Source: an uncultured Bacteroidales bacterium
GTDB taxonomy: Bacteria > Bacteroidota > Bacteroidia > Bacteroidales > Paludibacteraceae
DNA: 38,926 nucleotides
NCBI GenBank assembly: GCA_946184195.1
Contig: CAMHEP010000001.1
Coordinates: 1-38,926, forward strand
Reading direction: 5' to 3'
Part shown: positions 1 through 8,838 of the stretch, piece by piece
How positions within the stretch are numbered: position 1 is the stretch's first letter
How the letters are laid out: each line of letters begins with the position of its first letter
Notes under the pieces: model-generated
Databases searched by the model: none
Told to the model about the DNA's origin: nothing
The model's input: only the letters and a program-made list of their open reading frames with translations
Program-made: the position numbers and the translations under genes

Positions 1-369
1 GCGAGTTTCTATGCGCCACCGGACTCCGTCAAGGTGGATAGCCTACATATATTATTTGAAACTCAAAAGTGGCAGTATGATATAGTATTAACTCTGATAG
101 GACCATTGCCAGTGCACGATCGTGTAGATATCAAGAATATTGAAAATCCCCAGAAAGGATATTATGCCATTGAACTATTTCTCGGTGACTGCAAAACAAC
201 ATCTGTATATTATTTGAGACGTACCAATTGGTCTACTGCGATAGAAGAACAGTCCGCGGAAGCGTTGCAAGATAGGACATACAAATATATCCGCAATGGT
301 CAAGTACTCATTCACCGCGGCGATGCCGACTACGACCTCACCGGACGAAAAATGGAATTAAGAGAATGA
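1..369 (+). CDS. 3-prime end of a longer CDS entering from upstream of the window; C-terminal fragment of a secreted/surface-protein family member
   Basis: Frame 1 is open from nt 1 (ASFYAPPDSVKVDSLHILF...), so the GTG at 34 in the ORF track is probably internal. Stop TGA at 367-369. The last ~25 aa (YKYIRNGQVLIHRGDADYDLTGRKM) match the C-terminal tails of the CDSs ending at 37315 and 38841. Confidence 0.55.
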   Translation, partial: ASFYAPPDSVKVDSLHILFETQKWQYDIVLTLIGPLPVHDRVDIKNIENPQKGYYAIELFLGDCKTTSVYYLRRTNWSTAIEEQSAEALQDRTYKYIRNGQVLIHRGDADYDLTGRKMELRE

Positions 370-541
370 TTACAAATGGGGAGTGGTGATACATGCTACA
401 CTACATATAGTCAGGCTATATCACTGCCTCCCACACAGTAAAAAAGAAAAAAAGAACTACTATAACCCTACTATGACGTAGAAGATGCACCGTATATGCA
501 CCGTGTATTGTAGAAGAGGTTAAAGTTTATAATTTTTGCAC

Positions 542-596
542 TGAGAATTGTGAGAATTTATCGTGCCCTTGCGGCTAAGAATTCTCACAATTCTCA
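542..596 (+). repeat. Perfect 17-bp inverted repeat (hairpin with 21-nt loop); possible intrinsic terminator or small-RNA hairpin
   Basis: TGAGAATTGTGAGAATT (542-558) and its exact reverse complement AATTCTCACAATTCTCA (580-596). Each arm is itself GAGAATT-GT-GAGAATT. It is followed by ATTTTCT and a T8 run at 610-617. A near-consensus -7 box TAATTTTTG lies at 530-538. Confidence 0.6.
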
Positions 597-626
597 ATTT
601 TCTCATGCATTTTTTTTCTCCAGCAT

Positions 627-681
627 ATCTCGAGCATAGCCCGACCAAAGCCCGACCACGTCCCGAGCAGAGCCCGAAGAC
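627..681 (+). repeat. Degenerate tandem array, 5 units with an exact 11-nt period
   Basis: Units are atctcgagcat / agcccgaccaa / agcccgaccac / gtcccgagcag / agcccgaagac. The array is non-coding and lies ~157 nt upstream of the mraZ -7 box. Confidence 0.75.
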
Positions 682-802
682 CCTCTTAGCCCTCCAATTT
701 TCACCACTTTGTAAATAACCAAAATTAAATACTAATAATCAGCATATTACACAAACTATTACTTGTTAAAAAATAGTCTAAAAACATTTTTATAAAAAAA
801 AT

Positions 803-818
803 GTGGTGAAAAGTGGGG
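803..818 (+). promoter_or_regulatory. Two direct GTGGKG repeats 10 nt apart; candidate MraZ operator
   Basis: GTGGTG at 803-808 and GTGGGG at 813-818, 20-35 nt upstream of the -7 box. An inverted copy of GTGGTGAAAA sits at 698-707. The assignment to MraZ is inference only. Confidence 0.3.
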
Positions 819-837
819 AAATATCATTTTTTTTTTG

Positions 838-845
838 TAACTTTG
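838..845 (+). promoter_or_regulatory. Bacteroidota-type -7 promoter box TAACTTTG for the mraZ operon
   Basis: Exact match to the TAnnTTTG consensus, preceded by a T-rich tract. It is the only such box in the 760-nt non-coding region upstream of mraZ. Confidence 0.55.
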
Positions 846-944
846 CAGCGTGATTCGGAAGTGGCTCGCTCGCGTTCGCCAAGGCAGTCGTAAAAGGTCT
901 ATACCGCTTACGCTAAATAGACAGGCGATGCCTTGCTCCGCTCT

Positions 945-1044
945 ATCCTCCAAAAGCGGTGGTGATACCACCTTACTTTTGTCGGATGAAGGTTTTTCTT
1001 TCTCCTCTATCCTCGGGATGCCTCTAAGAGCTCATCCCTCGGAT
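945..1044 (+). promoter_or_regulatory. Two related stem-loops in the ~275-nt mraZ 5-prime leader
   Basis: HP-A 945-987: ATCC-tcc-AAAAG-c-GGTGG-tgata-CCACC-tta-CTTTT-gtc-GGAT. HP-B 1009-1044: ATCC-tc-GGGATG-(12-nt loop)-CATCCC-tc-GGAT. Both are preceded by CTCT and closed by ATCC...GGAT. Confidence 0.45.
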
Positions 1045-1130
1045 GGAACCATGCGGATGAAAAAAAAGAATGGCTCCGCTATGCATCGGATGGGAAAATT
1101 AAAGATAGTGAAAGATCTGTAAAAACGATT

Positions 1131-1589
1131 ATGATGGCAACATTTATCGGAAATATAGAGGCCAAGGTGGACGAGAAGGGACGGATTTTTGTCCCTGCTG
1201 CCTATCGCAAGATACTGGTTGAACAGGACTCTAAACGTATCGTCATGCGCCGCGACACAGACAACGAATGTCTCATTCTCTACCCCGAACAGGTATGGAA
1301 CGAGAAAGTGATGGAGTTGCGCCAGGCACTCGACGAATGGGACCCTGAAGACCAGATACTGCTCATGCAGTTCATGTCCGATGCCGAGTTCCTTGAGCCG
1401 GACAACCAAGGACGCATCTACCTGCAGAAGAAAAACCTCGAGATTATCGGAGCTAAGAACAATGTGCTGATTGTGGGTATGCTCGACCGCTTTGCACTAT
1501 GGAGCCCCGAGACCTTCGAGATGAAGAAGATGGACCAACACGAGTTGGCAACACGCATAAGAGCCAAGATGAAAGAAAGTACGAAGTGA
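1131..1589 (+). CDS. mraZ: Transcriptional regulator MraZ
   Basis: 152 aa. The N-terminal FIGNIEAKVDEKGRIFVPAAYRK and a second half-domain (DNQGRIYLQKK) are typical of the duplicated SpoVT/AbrB-like MraZ fold. First gene of the mraZ-rsmH order. Confidence 0.93.
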   Translation: MMATFIGNIEAKVDEKGRIFVPAAYRKILVEQDSKRIVMRRDTDNECLILYPEQVWNEKVMELRQALDEWDPEDQILLMQFMSDAEFLEPDNQGRIYLQKKNLEIIGAKNNVLIVGMLDRFALWSPETFEMKKMDQHELATRIRAKMKESTK

Positions 1590-1595
1590 CGATGT

Positions 1596-2555
1596 ATGAT
1601 GTCCGAAGGAAAGATTTACCATATTCCCGCGATGCTGAATGAATGTATGGACGCCTTAGCCATCCGACCGGATGGCACCTACATCGACGTCACCTTCGGA
1701 GGTGGAGGTCACTCACGCGCCATCCTCGAAAGGCTGGGACCGAACGGACAACTCTACTCCTTCGACCAAGATTTGGACGCTTACCAAAACCGCATCAACG
1801 ACTCCCGCTGGCACTTCGTGCACGGGAATTTTCGTTATATAAAGAACTTCATGGACTACTACGGCATCACCGCCGTGGACGGTATCATAGCAGACCTCGG
1901 CGTGAGTTTTCACCATTTCGATGAGGCGGAACGCGGCTTCTCTTTCCGCTACGCCGGACCGCTGGACATGAGAATGAACAGACAGGGCAGAAAGACCGCA
2001 GCGGACATCGTGAATAACTACGAGGAGAGCGAGTTAGCGCGTGTGCTGTGGCTATACGGCGAGATGACCAATAGTCGTGCTCTGGCAGCACGCATAGTGA
2101 GACACCGCAGCACAAATAGCATTACCCGCATAGAGCATCTGCTCACCGCCGTCGGCATAACCACGGCAGAGCTGCCAGATGGAACAGAACTCAGTATAGA
2201 TAGTCGGCAAAAGAAAGACTTGGCGCGACTGATGCAAGCACTGCGCATCGAAGTGAACGACGAGATGGCGGCCCTCACCGAAATGCTGGAGGGGAGTAAG
2301 ACACTGCTCAAAGACGGAGGACGGATGGTAGTGCTAACCTATCACTCGCTGGAAGACAGGATGGTGAAGAACTTCTTCCGCTCCGGAAGAATAGACGGCA
2401 CCATAGAGAAGGATTTCTACGGCAATATACTCAGCCCCTTCAGCGTGATAGAGAAAGGTCGCACGGCAAGCGATGAGGAAGTGGAACGCAATCCAAGGGC
2501 CCGAAGTGCCAAAATGCGCTCGGTCATGCGAGTGGCGAATGAAGTAATTTCATAA
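1596..2555 (+). CDS. rsmH: 16S rRNA (cytosine1402-N4)-methyltransferase RsmH (MraW)
   Basis: 319 aa. YHIPAMLNE start region, TFGGGGHS SAM-binding motif, C-terminal NPRARSAKMR. Positioned directly after mraZ. Confidence 0.93.
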   Translation: MMSEGKIYHIPAMLNECMDALAIRPDGTYIDVTFGGGGHSRAILERLGPNGQLYSFDQDLDAYQNRINDSRWHFVHGNFRYIKNFMDYYGITAVDGIIADLGVSFHHFDEAERGFSFRYAGPLDMRMNRQGRKTAADIVNNYEESELARVLWLYGEMTNSRALAARIVRHRSTNSITRIEHLLTAVGITTAELPDGTELSIDSRQKKDLARLMQALRIEVNDEMAALTEMLEGSKTLLKDGGRMVVLTYHSLEDRMVKNFFRSGRIDGTIEKDFYGNILSPFSVIEKGRTASDEEVERNPRARSAKMRSVMRVANEVIS

Positions 2556-2569
2556 TTAGTAACTCCTAA

Positions 2570-2890
2570 TTGATAACAACAGGAGACATACAATCGTGGC
2601 TGAACGGCGATAAACTACGAAGTGATGCGCTGCGCAAACACTATCGGCTCATCGGGCTGATACTGGTGCTCGTATTCGTATATATTTTGTCCGGTTACCG
2701 TGCCATGCAGCAGCAAAACAGGCTGAGCGACCTGCATAAAGCCGTGAAAGATAAGAAGATGGAATATCTCACTATCGCGACCGAGAAAGCCCGAATGACC
2801 CGGCAATCGCAGATTGTCATTAACTTGCGTGAACGGGGTAGCCACCTCCAGGAAAACAGACGCGCACCCTACCAAATCAGTAATCGGTGA
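2570..2890 (+). CDS. FtsL-like small bitopic division protein (TTG start)
   Basis: 106-aa ORF with a single TM helix (LIGLILVLVFVYIL) followed by a coiled-coil-like segment, in the conserved slot between rsmH and ftsI. There is no in-frame ATG before the TM helix. The only start in the ORF track is TTG at 2570, and its stop overlaps the ftsI GTG (GTGA). Confidence 0.6.
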   Translation: MITTGDIQSWLNGDKLRSDALRKHYRLIGLILVLVFVYILSGYRAMQQQNRLSDLHKAVKDKKMEYLTIATEKARMTRQSQIVINLRERGSHLQENRRAPYQISNR

Positions 2891-4692
2891 ACGGCGAAAA
2901 CCAACATAGTACCATTTTGCGATTCGCTATCCTCTTTATTCTGATAGCGGCTATGTTCGTGGTCGTATTGCTGAAGATTGTGTCCATCCAATACTACGAG
3001 AAGGACCAATGGTTGCGTATCGCCGATAAACAGGTGAAGACCAATCAACCCGTGGCTGCCACACGCGGTAACATACTGGATTGCAACGGCGAACTGCTCG
3101 CCAGCAGCATGCCGCAATACTATGTCCGTATGGATGCCGGTGTGAAACCCTTGCATCAAGGAGGAGACACACTGATGCTCCATCATATAGACAACCTGAG
3201 TAGTGAACTGAGTCGTATCATCGGCGATAAGAGTGCAGACGAATATAAACGTCTTATCCTCAAGGGTCATAAGCAGCACAAGCGCAGCGTTCGACTGAGT
3301 AAGAAACGCGTTAATTATATCCAGAAGAAAGAGATTGAGCAGATTGCACTTGTCAAGAAAGGCAAGAACATCAGCGGAATCACCTTCGACGAAGTGAAAC
3401 GACGTATCAAACCCTACGGCAATATGGCAAGTCGTACGCTCGGCAACATCGACCCCGAGAGCGGTGATGGTAAAACAGGATTGGAGAAACGTTTTGAGGA
3501 TCGTTTGCGCGGTATAGACGGCATGAGCACACGACAACGGGTAGGAGGAAGGTGGGAGAACGTGACCACACGCGAGGCTATCGACGGACTGGACATAGTG
3601 ACGACTATCGACATGAACCTGCAGGATGTGGTGGAGAGTGCACTGCTGGCTCGACTGGAACGAACACACGCCGAATGGGGATGTGCACTACTCATGGAGA
3701 CCAAGACCGGGCATATCAAAGCCATTGCCAACTTGGACGAACAGGAGGACGGCACCTATGTGGAGCAACTCAACCACGCCGTGACACGAGTTGAACCCGG
3801 CTCCACCTTTAAGACTATCGCTCTACTCGCTGCACTGGAGGACGATAAGGTGAGATTATACGACACCATACAGGTATACCGTAACGGCTGGAAATACATG
3901 AGTTCCCAGCATACCGACTCCCACCCGAGAGATACCGTCTACACCGTACGCAGTGCACTGGCTGTCAGCTCAAATATCGCACTGGCGAAAATCATCACCT
4001 CCGGGTACGACGGCAGTGCACGCAAATTTGTTCGCCGCATCGAGAAGATGGGATTGACGGACAGTGTGTATAGCGAGATACCCGGAGCACAGCAAGCTCT
4101 GATTCGGGTGCCCAACGACACCGTGACGCTCAGCAAGATGGCATACGGATACTCCGTCTTAGTGACACCGATGCAACTCCTCATGTTCTACAACGCCATC
4201 GCAAACGATGGCAAGATGATACGTCCGATGTTGGTGACGGAGATACGCGACAACGAGGAAGTGGTGAAACGCTACCAGACCGAGGTTGTACAATCGTCCA
4301 TATGCTCAAAACGCGCACTGAATGACATACGATTATGCCTGCATGACGTGGTGTGGGACAATAAATTGGGAACAGCCAGTGTCCTGCCTTGGGGAGAGAA
4401 GAAAGCACAAAGTGACGTAGTGCACATAGCCGGCAAAACAGGCACCGCGCAACTTCTGATGAACGGACGGTATTGGAGCAATCGGCACCGCATGACTTTC
4501 GTGGGCTATTTCCCCGAGGAAGACCCCCAATATACATGCCTATGTATGATTAACTACCCCAAGAATGCCGGAGCCTACGATGCCGGAATGGATTGTGGTA
4601 TCGTAGTCAAGCAGATAGCGGAGAAGTCTGTCGCCCTCACAGGTTGCTATCACATGGATGAGGGAACTGTGATATTGACTAAACGTAAATAA
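2887..4692 (+). CDS. ftsI: Penicillin-binding protein / peptidoglycan D,D-transpeptidase FtsI (GTG start)
   Basis: 601 aa. N-terminal membrane anchor ([20 protein letters not shown]). Transpeptidase motifs STFK (GSTFKT), SSN (VSSNIA) and KTGT (GKTGTA). Confidence 0.9.
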   Translation: MNGENQHSTILRFAILFILIAAMFVVVLLKIVSIQYYEKDQWLRIADKQVKTNQPVAATRGNILDCNGELLASSMPQYYVRMDAGVKPLHQGGDTLMLHHIDNLSSELSRIIGDKSADEYKRLILKGHKQHKRSVRLSKKRVNYIQKKEIEQIALVKKGKNISGITFDEVKRRIKPYGNMASRTLGNIDPESGDGKTGLEKRFEDRLRGIDGMSTRQRVGGRWENVTTREAIDGLDIVTTIDMNLQDVVESALLARLERTHAEWGCALLMETKTGHIKAIANLDEQEDGTYVEQLNHAVTRVEPGSTFKTIALLAALEDDKVRLYDTIQVYRNGWKYMSSQHTDSHPRDTVYTVRSALAVSSNIALAKIITSGYDGSARKFVRRIEKMGLTDSVYSEIPGAQQALIRVPNDTVTLSKMAYGYSVLVTPMQLLMFYNAIANDGKMIRPMLVTEIRDNEEVVKRYQTEVVQSSICSKRALNDIRLCLHDVVWDNKLGTASVLPWGEKKAQSDVVHIAGKTGTAQLLMNGRYWSNRHRMTFVGYFPEEDPQYTCLCMINYPKNAGAYDAGMDCGIVVKQIAEKSVALTGCYHMDEGTVILTKRK

Positions 4693-4706
4693 ATAGGAAT
4701 AACGAT

Positions 4707-6179
4707 ATGAAACTGAGTGAATTACTCACCTCCATTCATCCCATACAAATCATCGGGACGACTGACAAGGAGATACATGCTATCCAATTCGACTCCCGTC
4801 GTGTGGAGCCGGGTGACCTATTCGTAGCCCAGACAGGAACGACGGTGGACGGACACACCTTCATCAGCGGTTGCGCAGAGAAAGGTGCCGCTGCTGTGGT
4901 GATATCGGATGCGCAGTACATGGGTAAGCATGAGAATATGACCTGCGTGTTGGTAGAAGATACTAACCATGCCTTAGGACTGCTTGCCGACATGTGGTAT
5001 GGACACCCCAGTCAGCAGATGACCCTGGTGGGTGTGACCGGTACCAATGGTAAGACCACTATTGCTACCTTGTTATATAAGATGGTTCGCGCGATGGGTA
5101 AGAAAGCCGGATTGCTGAGCACAGTGGTCAACTATGTAGATGACGAGGCGGTACCGTCCACACACACCACCCCCGATGCCCTGGCTCTCAACGGACTGCT
5201 GCGCCGGATGGTAGACGCCGGATGCACATACGCCTTCATGGAAGTGAGCAGTCACTCTATCGCCCAGGAGCGTATTGCCGGACTCGATTTCGACGGGGCT
5301 CTCTTCACCAACCTCACACGCGACCATATCGACTATCACAAGACCTTCGACAACTACCGCGACACCAAAAAACGACTCTTCGACAATCTCAAGAAAAACG
5401 CCTTTGCCATAACAAACAAAGACGATAAAAACGGCTTGGTGATGACACAGAACTGTCCCGCCAAGGTATACACCTACTCCACCCGCACGATGGCAGACTA
5501 TCGGGCACAGATATTGGAAGAAGGCTTTGACGGTATGCAATTGATGATGGACGGGCAAGAGGTCTTTGTACCCTTGGTAGGACGATTCAACGTGAGCAAT
5601 CTGCTCTGTATCTACGGAGCCGCACGAGCTCTTGGTTTCGAAAAGACTGAGGTGCTGCGCATCCTATCCACCCTGCATGCGGTCAATGGCCGATTTGAGA
5701 CCATACATAGTCCAAAGGGTTGGACTGCCATCGTCGACTATGCCCATACACCGGACGCTGTGGATAACGTGATACAGACGATACGGGAGATTATAGATAG
5801 TCGAAAGTCAAAAGTCGAAAGCCAAAAGCCGAAATTGATTACGGTAATCGGTTGCGGAGGTAATAGGGATAAAGGCAAACGGCCGATGATGGCACAGATA
5901 GCCAAACGAGGCAGCGAACAACTCATCCTCACCAGCGATAACCCGCGCGACGAGGATCCCCAAGATATATTGAGAGACATGACAGAAGGACTGAGCGAAG
6001 AAGAAAGACGAAGTACTCTCGTCATTGAGGATCGTGCAGCCGCCATCCAGACTGCCTGTACCTTGGCACAGAAAGGCGATGTCATCCTTATAGCAGGAAA
6101 AGGTCATGAAGACTATCAAATCATCCGGGGTGTGAAACATCATTTTGACGACCACGAACAAGTACGTAAATACATCTGA
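4707..6179 (+). CDS. murE: UDP-MurNAc-L-Ala-D-Glu:meso-diaminopimelate ligase MurE
   Basis: 490 aa. Mur-ligase P-loop [24 protein letters not shown], and a DNPR motif ([10 protein letters not shown]) characteristic of DAP-adding MurE. Confidence 0.93.
   Translation: MKLSELLTSIHPIQIIGTTDKEIHAIQFDSRRVEPGDLFVAQTGTTVDGHTFISGCAEKGAAAVVISDAQYMGKHENMTCVLVEDTNHALGLLADMWYGHPSQQMTLVGVTGTNGKTTIATLLYKMVRAMGKKAGLLSTVVNYVDDEAVPSTHTTPDALALNGLLRRMVDAGCTYAFMEVSSHSIAQERIAGLDFDGALFTNLTRDHIDYHKTFDNYRDTKKRLFDNLKKNAFAITNKDDKNGLVMTQNCPAKVYTYSTRTMADYRAQILEEGFDGMQLMMDGQEVFVPLVGRFNVSNLLCIYGAARALGFEKTEVLRILSTLHAVNGRFETIHSPKGWTAIVDYAHTPDAVDNVIQTIREIIDSRKSKVESQKPKLITVIGCGGNRDKGKRPMMAQIAKRGSEQLILTSDNPRDEDPQDILRDMTEGLSEEERRSTLVIEDRAAAIQTACTLAQKGDVILIAGKGHEDYQIIRGVKHHFDDHEQVRKYI
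5800..5834 (+). repeat. Five tandem 7-nt units inside murE
   Basis: gtcgaaa gtcaaaa gtcgaaa gccaaaa gccgaaa. They encode the hydrophilic stretch [12 protein letters not shown] just upstream of the conserved [12 protein letters not shown] block. Confidence 0.8.
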
Positions 6180-6181
6180 TT

Positions 6182-7465
6182 ATGTTATATTCTCTATTTG
6201 ATTGGCTACAAAGTGCGTACGGACATGTAATCGGCGCACGTCTATTCACCTATATCTCCTTCCGGGCTATCACGGCGGGAGTGATTGCCCTACTCATCAG
6301 CATTTGGTTCGGCAACCTGTTTATCAACTACATGAAGCGTCATCACATCAGCGAGACACAACGTGACGAAAAGACAGATCCCTTCAACGTAGCAAAGAAA
6401 GGTGTGCCCACCATGGGCGGAATCATCGTCATTGCGGCTATACTGATACCCTGTCTGCTGTTGGGTAAACTGACAAACGTATACATGATCCTAATGATTG
6501 TGACGACACTGCTCATGGGAGCACTCGGATTCGCCGATGACTATATTAAAACGTTCCGTAAGAATAAAGACGGCTTGAACGGTTGGGTAAAAATAGCCGG
6601 TCAGGTGACATTGGGACTGATTGTTGGTCTCACTCTCCGCTATAGTCCTGTCACTACAATGAACGAGGTAGTGAGCAGTCGTATTGAGAATAATATCGTG
6701 GTAGTGGAGAAAACACCCGAGATAAAGTCCACACAGACAACTATCCCCTTCGTCAAACACCATAACTTCAACTACGCAGACCTATTCAGTTGGCTGGGCG
6801 AGGAGAACAAATACCGCGCCGGATGGATATTCTTCGTGCTGCTAACTGTCTTTGTGGTAGCCGCTGTGAGCAACGGAGCCAACCTCAACGACGGCATGGA
6901 CGGCATGTGTGCAGGTAATTCTGCCATCATCGGTATTACCCTGCTCATCCTTGCCTACACCAGCGGTAGCGTCGTGTGGGCGGAGTATTTCGACGTGATG
7001 TATATCCCGGGCAGCGAAGAATTGGTGGTCTTTCTCGCTTCGTTCGTCGGAGCACTGGTGGGATATCTATGGTTCAACGGTTTCCCTGCTCAAGTGTTCC
7101 TCGGCGATACGGGTAGTCTGACTGTAGGAGGTATCATCGGCGTATGCGCAATGGTGATACACAAGGAGCTCATGGTGCCCGTTCTATGCGGTATCTTCCT
7201 GATGGAGAGCGTGAGCGTCATCCTGCAAACGCAGGTATACAAGTTCTATAAGACTCGTGGACGGCATGTTCGCGTATGGAAACGAACACCTATACACGAT
7301 CATTTCCGCACCTCCTTGGACCAAGTGCTACGAAATGACCCTACTTGCTCCATCATCTTCAAGGGAAGCACAAATCTGCACCATGAGTCGAAGATTGTAC
7401 TTCGATTCTGCATCGTGACCCTGATATTGGCAGCCATCACCATACTAACATTAAAAATCCGTTGA
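6182..7465 (+). CDS. mraY: Phospho-N-acetylmuramoyl-pentapeptide transferase MraY
   Basis: 427-aa polytopic membrane protein with MraY-type segments (GANLNDGMDG, FLGDTGSL, HHHF-like PIHDHF). Sits between murE and murD. Confidence 0.93.
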   Translation: MLYSLFDWLQSAYGHVIGARLFTYISFRAITAGVIALLISIWFGNLFINYMKRHHISETQRDEKTDPFNVAKKGVPTMGGIIVIAAILIPCLLLGKLTNVYMILMIVTTLLMGALGFADDYIKTFRKNKDGLNGWVKIAGQVTLGLIVGLTLRYSPVTTMNEVVSSRIENNIVVVEKTPEIKSTQTTIPFVKHHNFNYADLFSWLGEENKYRAGWIFFVLLTVFVVAAVSNGANLNDGMDGMCAGNSAIIGITLLILAYTSGSVVWAEYFDVMYIPGSEELVVFLASFVGALVGYLWFNGFPAQVFLGDTGSLTVGGIIGVCAMVIHKELMVPVLCGIFLMESVSVILQTQVYKFYKTRGRHVRVWKRTPIHDHFRTSLDQVLRNDPTCSIIFKGSTNLHHESKIVLRFCIVTLILAAITILTLKIR

Positions 7466-7467
7466 TT

Positions 7468-8820
7468 ATGAAACGACTCGTTGTATTAGGTGCCGGCGAG
7501 AGCGGTTGTGGAGCCGCCATACTCGCTAAGGAGAAAGGTTATGATGTCTTTGTGAGCGACATGGGGACCATCAAACCCGAATACAAAGCTCTTCTCGAAC
7601 AAAACAATATCCGATGGGAGGAAGGTCAACATACCGAGTCACTCATCCTCAATGCCGACGAGGTAGTGAAATCACCGGGTATACCACAGACCGCACCTAT
7701 GGTGAAAAAACTGAATGAACAAGGCACACCCATCCTCTCGGAGATAGAGTTTGCAGGACGTTATACCCACGCCAAGATGATATGTATTACCGGTTCGAAC
7801 GGCAAGACGACCACCACCTCGCTCATCTACGACATCTTGCTCCGCGCAGGACTGAATGTCGGGCTGGCAGGAAACATCGGAATGTCGTTAGCACTGCAGG
7901 TGGCCCACGAACAACACGACTATTATGTGATTGAACTCAGTTCGTTCCAACTGGATAACATGTACGATTTCCGAGCCGACATAGCCATCCTGATGAATAT
8001 CACTCCCGACCATTTGGACCGTTATGACTACGAGTTCCAAAACTACGTGAACGCCAAGTTCCGTATCACGCGCAACCAGCATAAAGACGACGCTTTCATT
8101 TATTGGTCGGGCGACCCCGTTATTGACCGCGAGATTAAGAAGATGCAACCGACTGCTACACTCATGCCTTTCGGCCTGACAAAGACAACCGGTCAAGAAG
8201 CGGTCCCTCTCAACGCCGCCTACATACGAGGCAACGACCTTTATGTATGTGCGCAAGACGAACCGCTCGTCATGCCCACAACGGAATTGAATCTCAAGGG
8301 TCAGCACAATCAACTCAACTCGATGGCAGCCTCGTTAGCAGCTCAACTGCTGCATATCAAGAATGACGTCATTCGCGAATCCCTCAAGCAGTTTGCCGGT
8401 GTGGAACACAGGCTGCAGTATGTAGCCACCGTCGGCGGAGTACGCTTCATCAATGACTCCAAAGCCACTAATGTGAACTCGTGTTGGTATGCTCTGGAGA
8501 GTATGACCACTCCCACTGTACTCATCCTCGGCGGAAAAGACAAAGGAAATGACTATAGCGAGATAGACCAATTGGTACATGAGAAATGTCATACCCTCGT
8601 TTTCATGGGGCTGCACAACGAGAAACTGCACCAACATTTTGACTCGTCAGGACTCACCATCATCGATACCGACAATCTTCATGATGCTGTGATTGGAGCC
8701 TATCAGGCAGCACACGAAGGGGACACCGTACTACTCAGTCCCTGCTGCGCCAGCTTTGACCTCTTCACCAGTTATGAGGACCGAGGGAAACAGTTTATGG
8801 ACGCAGTACGTGCACTATAA
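7468..8820 (+). CDS. murD: UDP-MurNAc-L-alanine:D-glutamate ligase MurD
   Basis: N-terminal Rossmann LGAGESG and P-loop ITGSNGKTTT. The ATG at 7468 (MKRLVVLG...) is preferred over the TTG at 7462 used by the ORF track. Confidence 0.92.
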   Translation: MKRLVVLGAGESGCGAAILAKEKGYDVFVSDMGTIKPEYKALLEQNNIRWEEGQHTESLILNADEVVKSPGIPQTAPMVKKLNEQGTPILSEIEFAGRYTHAKMICITGSNGKTTTTSLIYDILLRAGLNVGLAGNIGMSLALQVAHEQHDYYVIELSSFQLDNMYDFRADIAILMNITPDHLDRYDYEFQNYVNAKFRITRNQHKDDAFIYWSGDPVIDREIKKMQPTATLMPFGLTKTTGQEAVPLNAAYIRGNDLYVCAQDEPLVMPTTELNLKGQHNQLNSMAASLAAQLLHIKNDVIRESLKQFAGVEHRLQYVATVGGVRFINDSKATNVNSCWYALESMTTPTVLILGGKDKGNDYSEIDQLVHEKCHTLVFMGLHNEKLHQHFDSSGLTIIDTDNLHDAVIGAYQAAHEGDTVLLSPCCASFDLFTSYEDRGKQFMDAVRAL

Positions 8821-8838
8821 ATAATATATAATAGGAGT

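Noticed and set aside
378-432. Imperfect hairpin (GGGGAGTGGTGATA...TATCACTGCCTCCC) just after the first CDS, as its terminator
   Set aside because: The stem needs wobble pairs and a bulge, the loop is 27 nt, and an A-rich rather than T-rich tract follows. This is weak evidence for an intrinsic terminator.
627-681. Whether the tandem arrays (627, 5800, 19920, 20990, 33286) could be CRISPR arrays
   Set aside because: The units are 7-15 nt and directly abut each other with no spacers. No cas genes or leader are present, so these are not CRISPR.
850-1122. 90-aa GTG-initiated ORF in the mraZ leader
   Set aside because: It has no ATG, its composition is not protein-like, and it is filled by the hairpins and the CGGATG repeats. 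It is better explained as non-coding leader RNA.
846-1130. Whether the mraZ leader is a known housekeeping RNA (6S, tmRNA, RNase P, SRP RNA) or a riboswitch
   Set aside because: I could not find the conserved cores I know (RNase P GAGGAAAGUCCGGGC, tmRNA tRNA-like end with GGUUCGAAUCC...CCA, SRP GGAA/AGCA helix 8) or a 6S-like end-to-end pairing. It remains unclassified rather than assigned.
2869-3669. 266-aa ORF on the minus strand, plus the many 60-190-aa ORFs nested in the dcw, kor, helicase and transporter genes
   Set aside because: All are antisense or out of frame relative to genes with clear family motifs. None has a signal, motif or intergenic start context, so I treat them as shadow ORFs.
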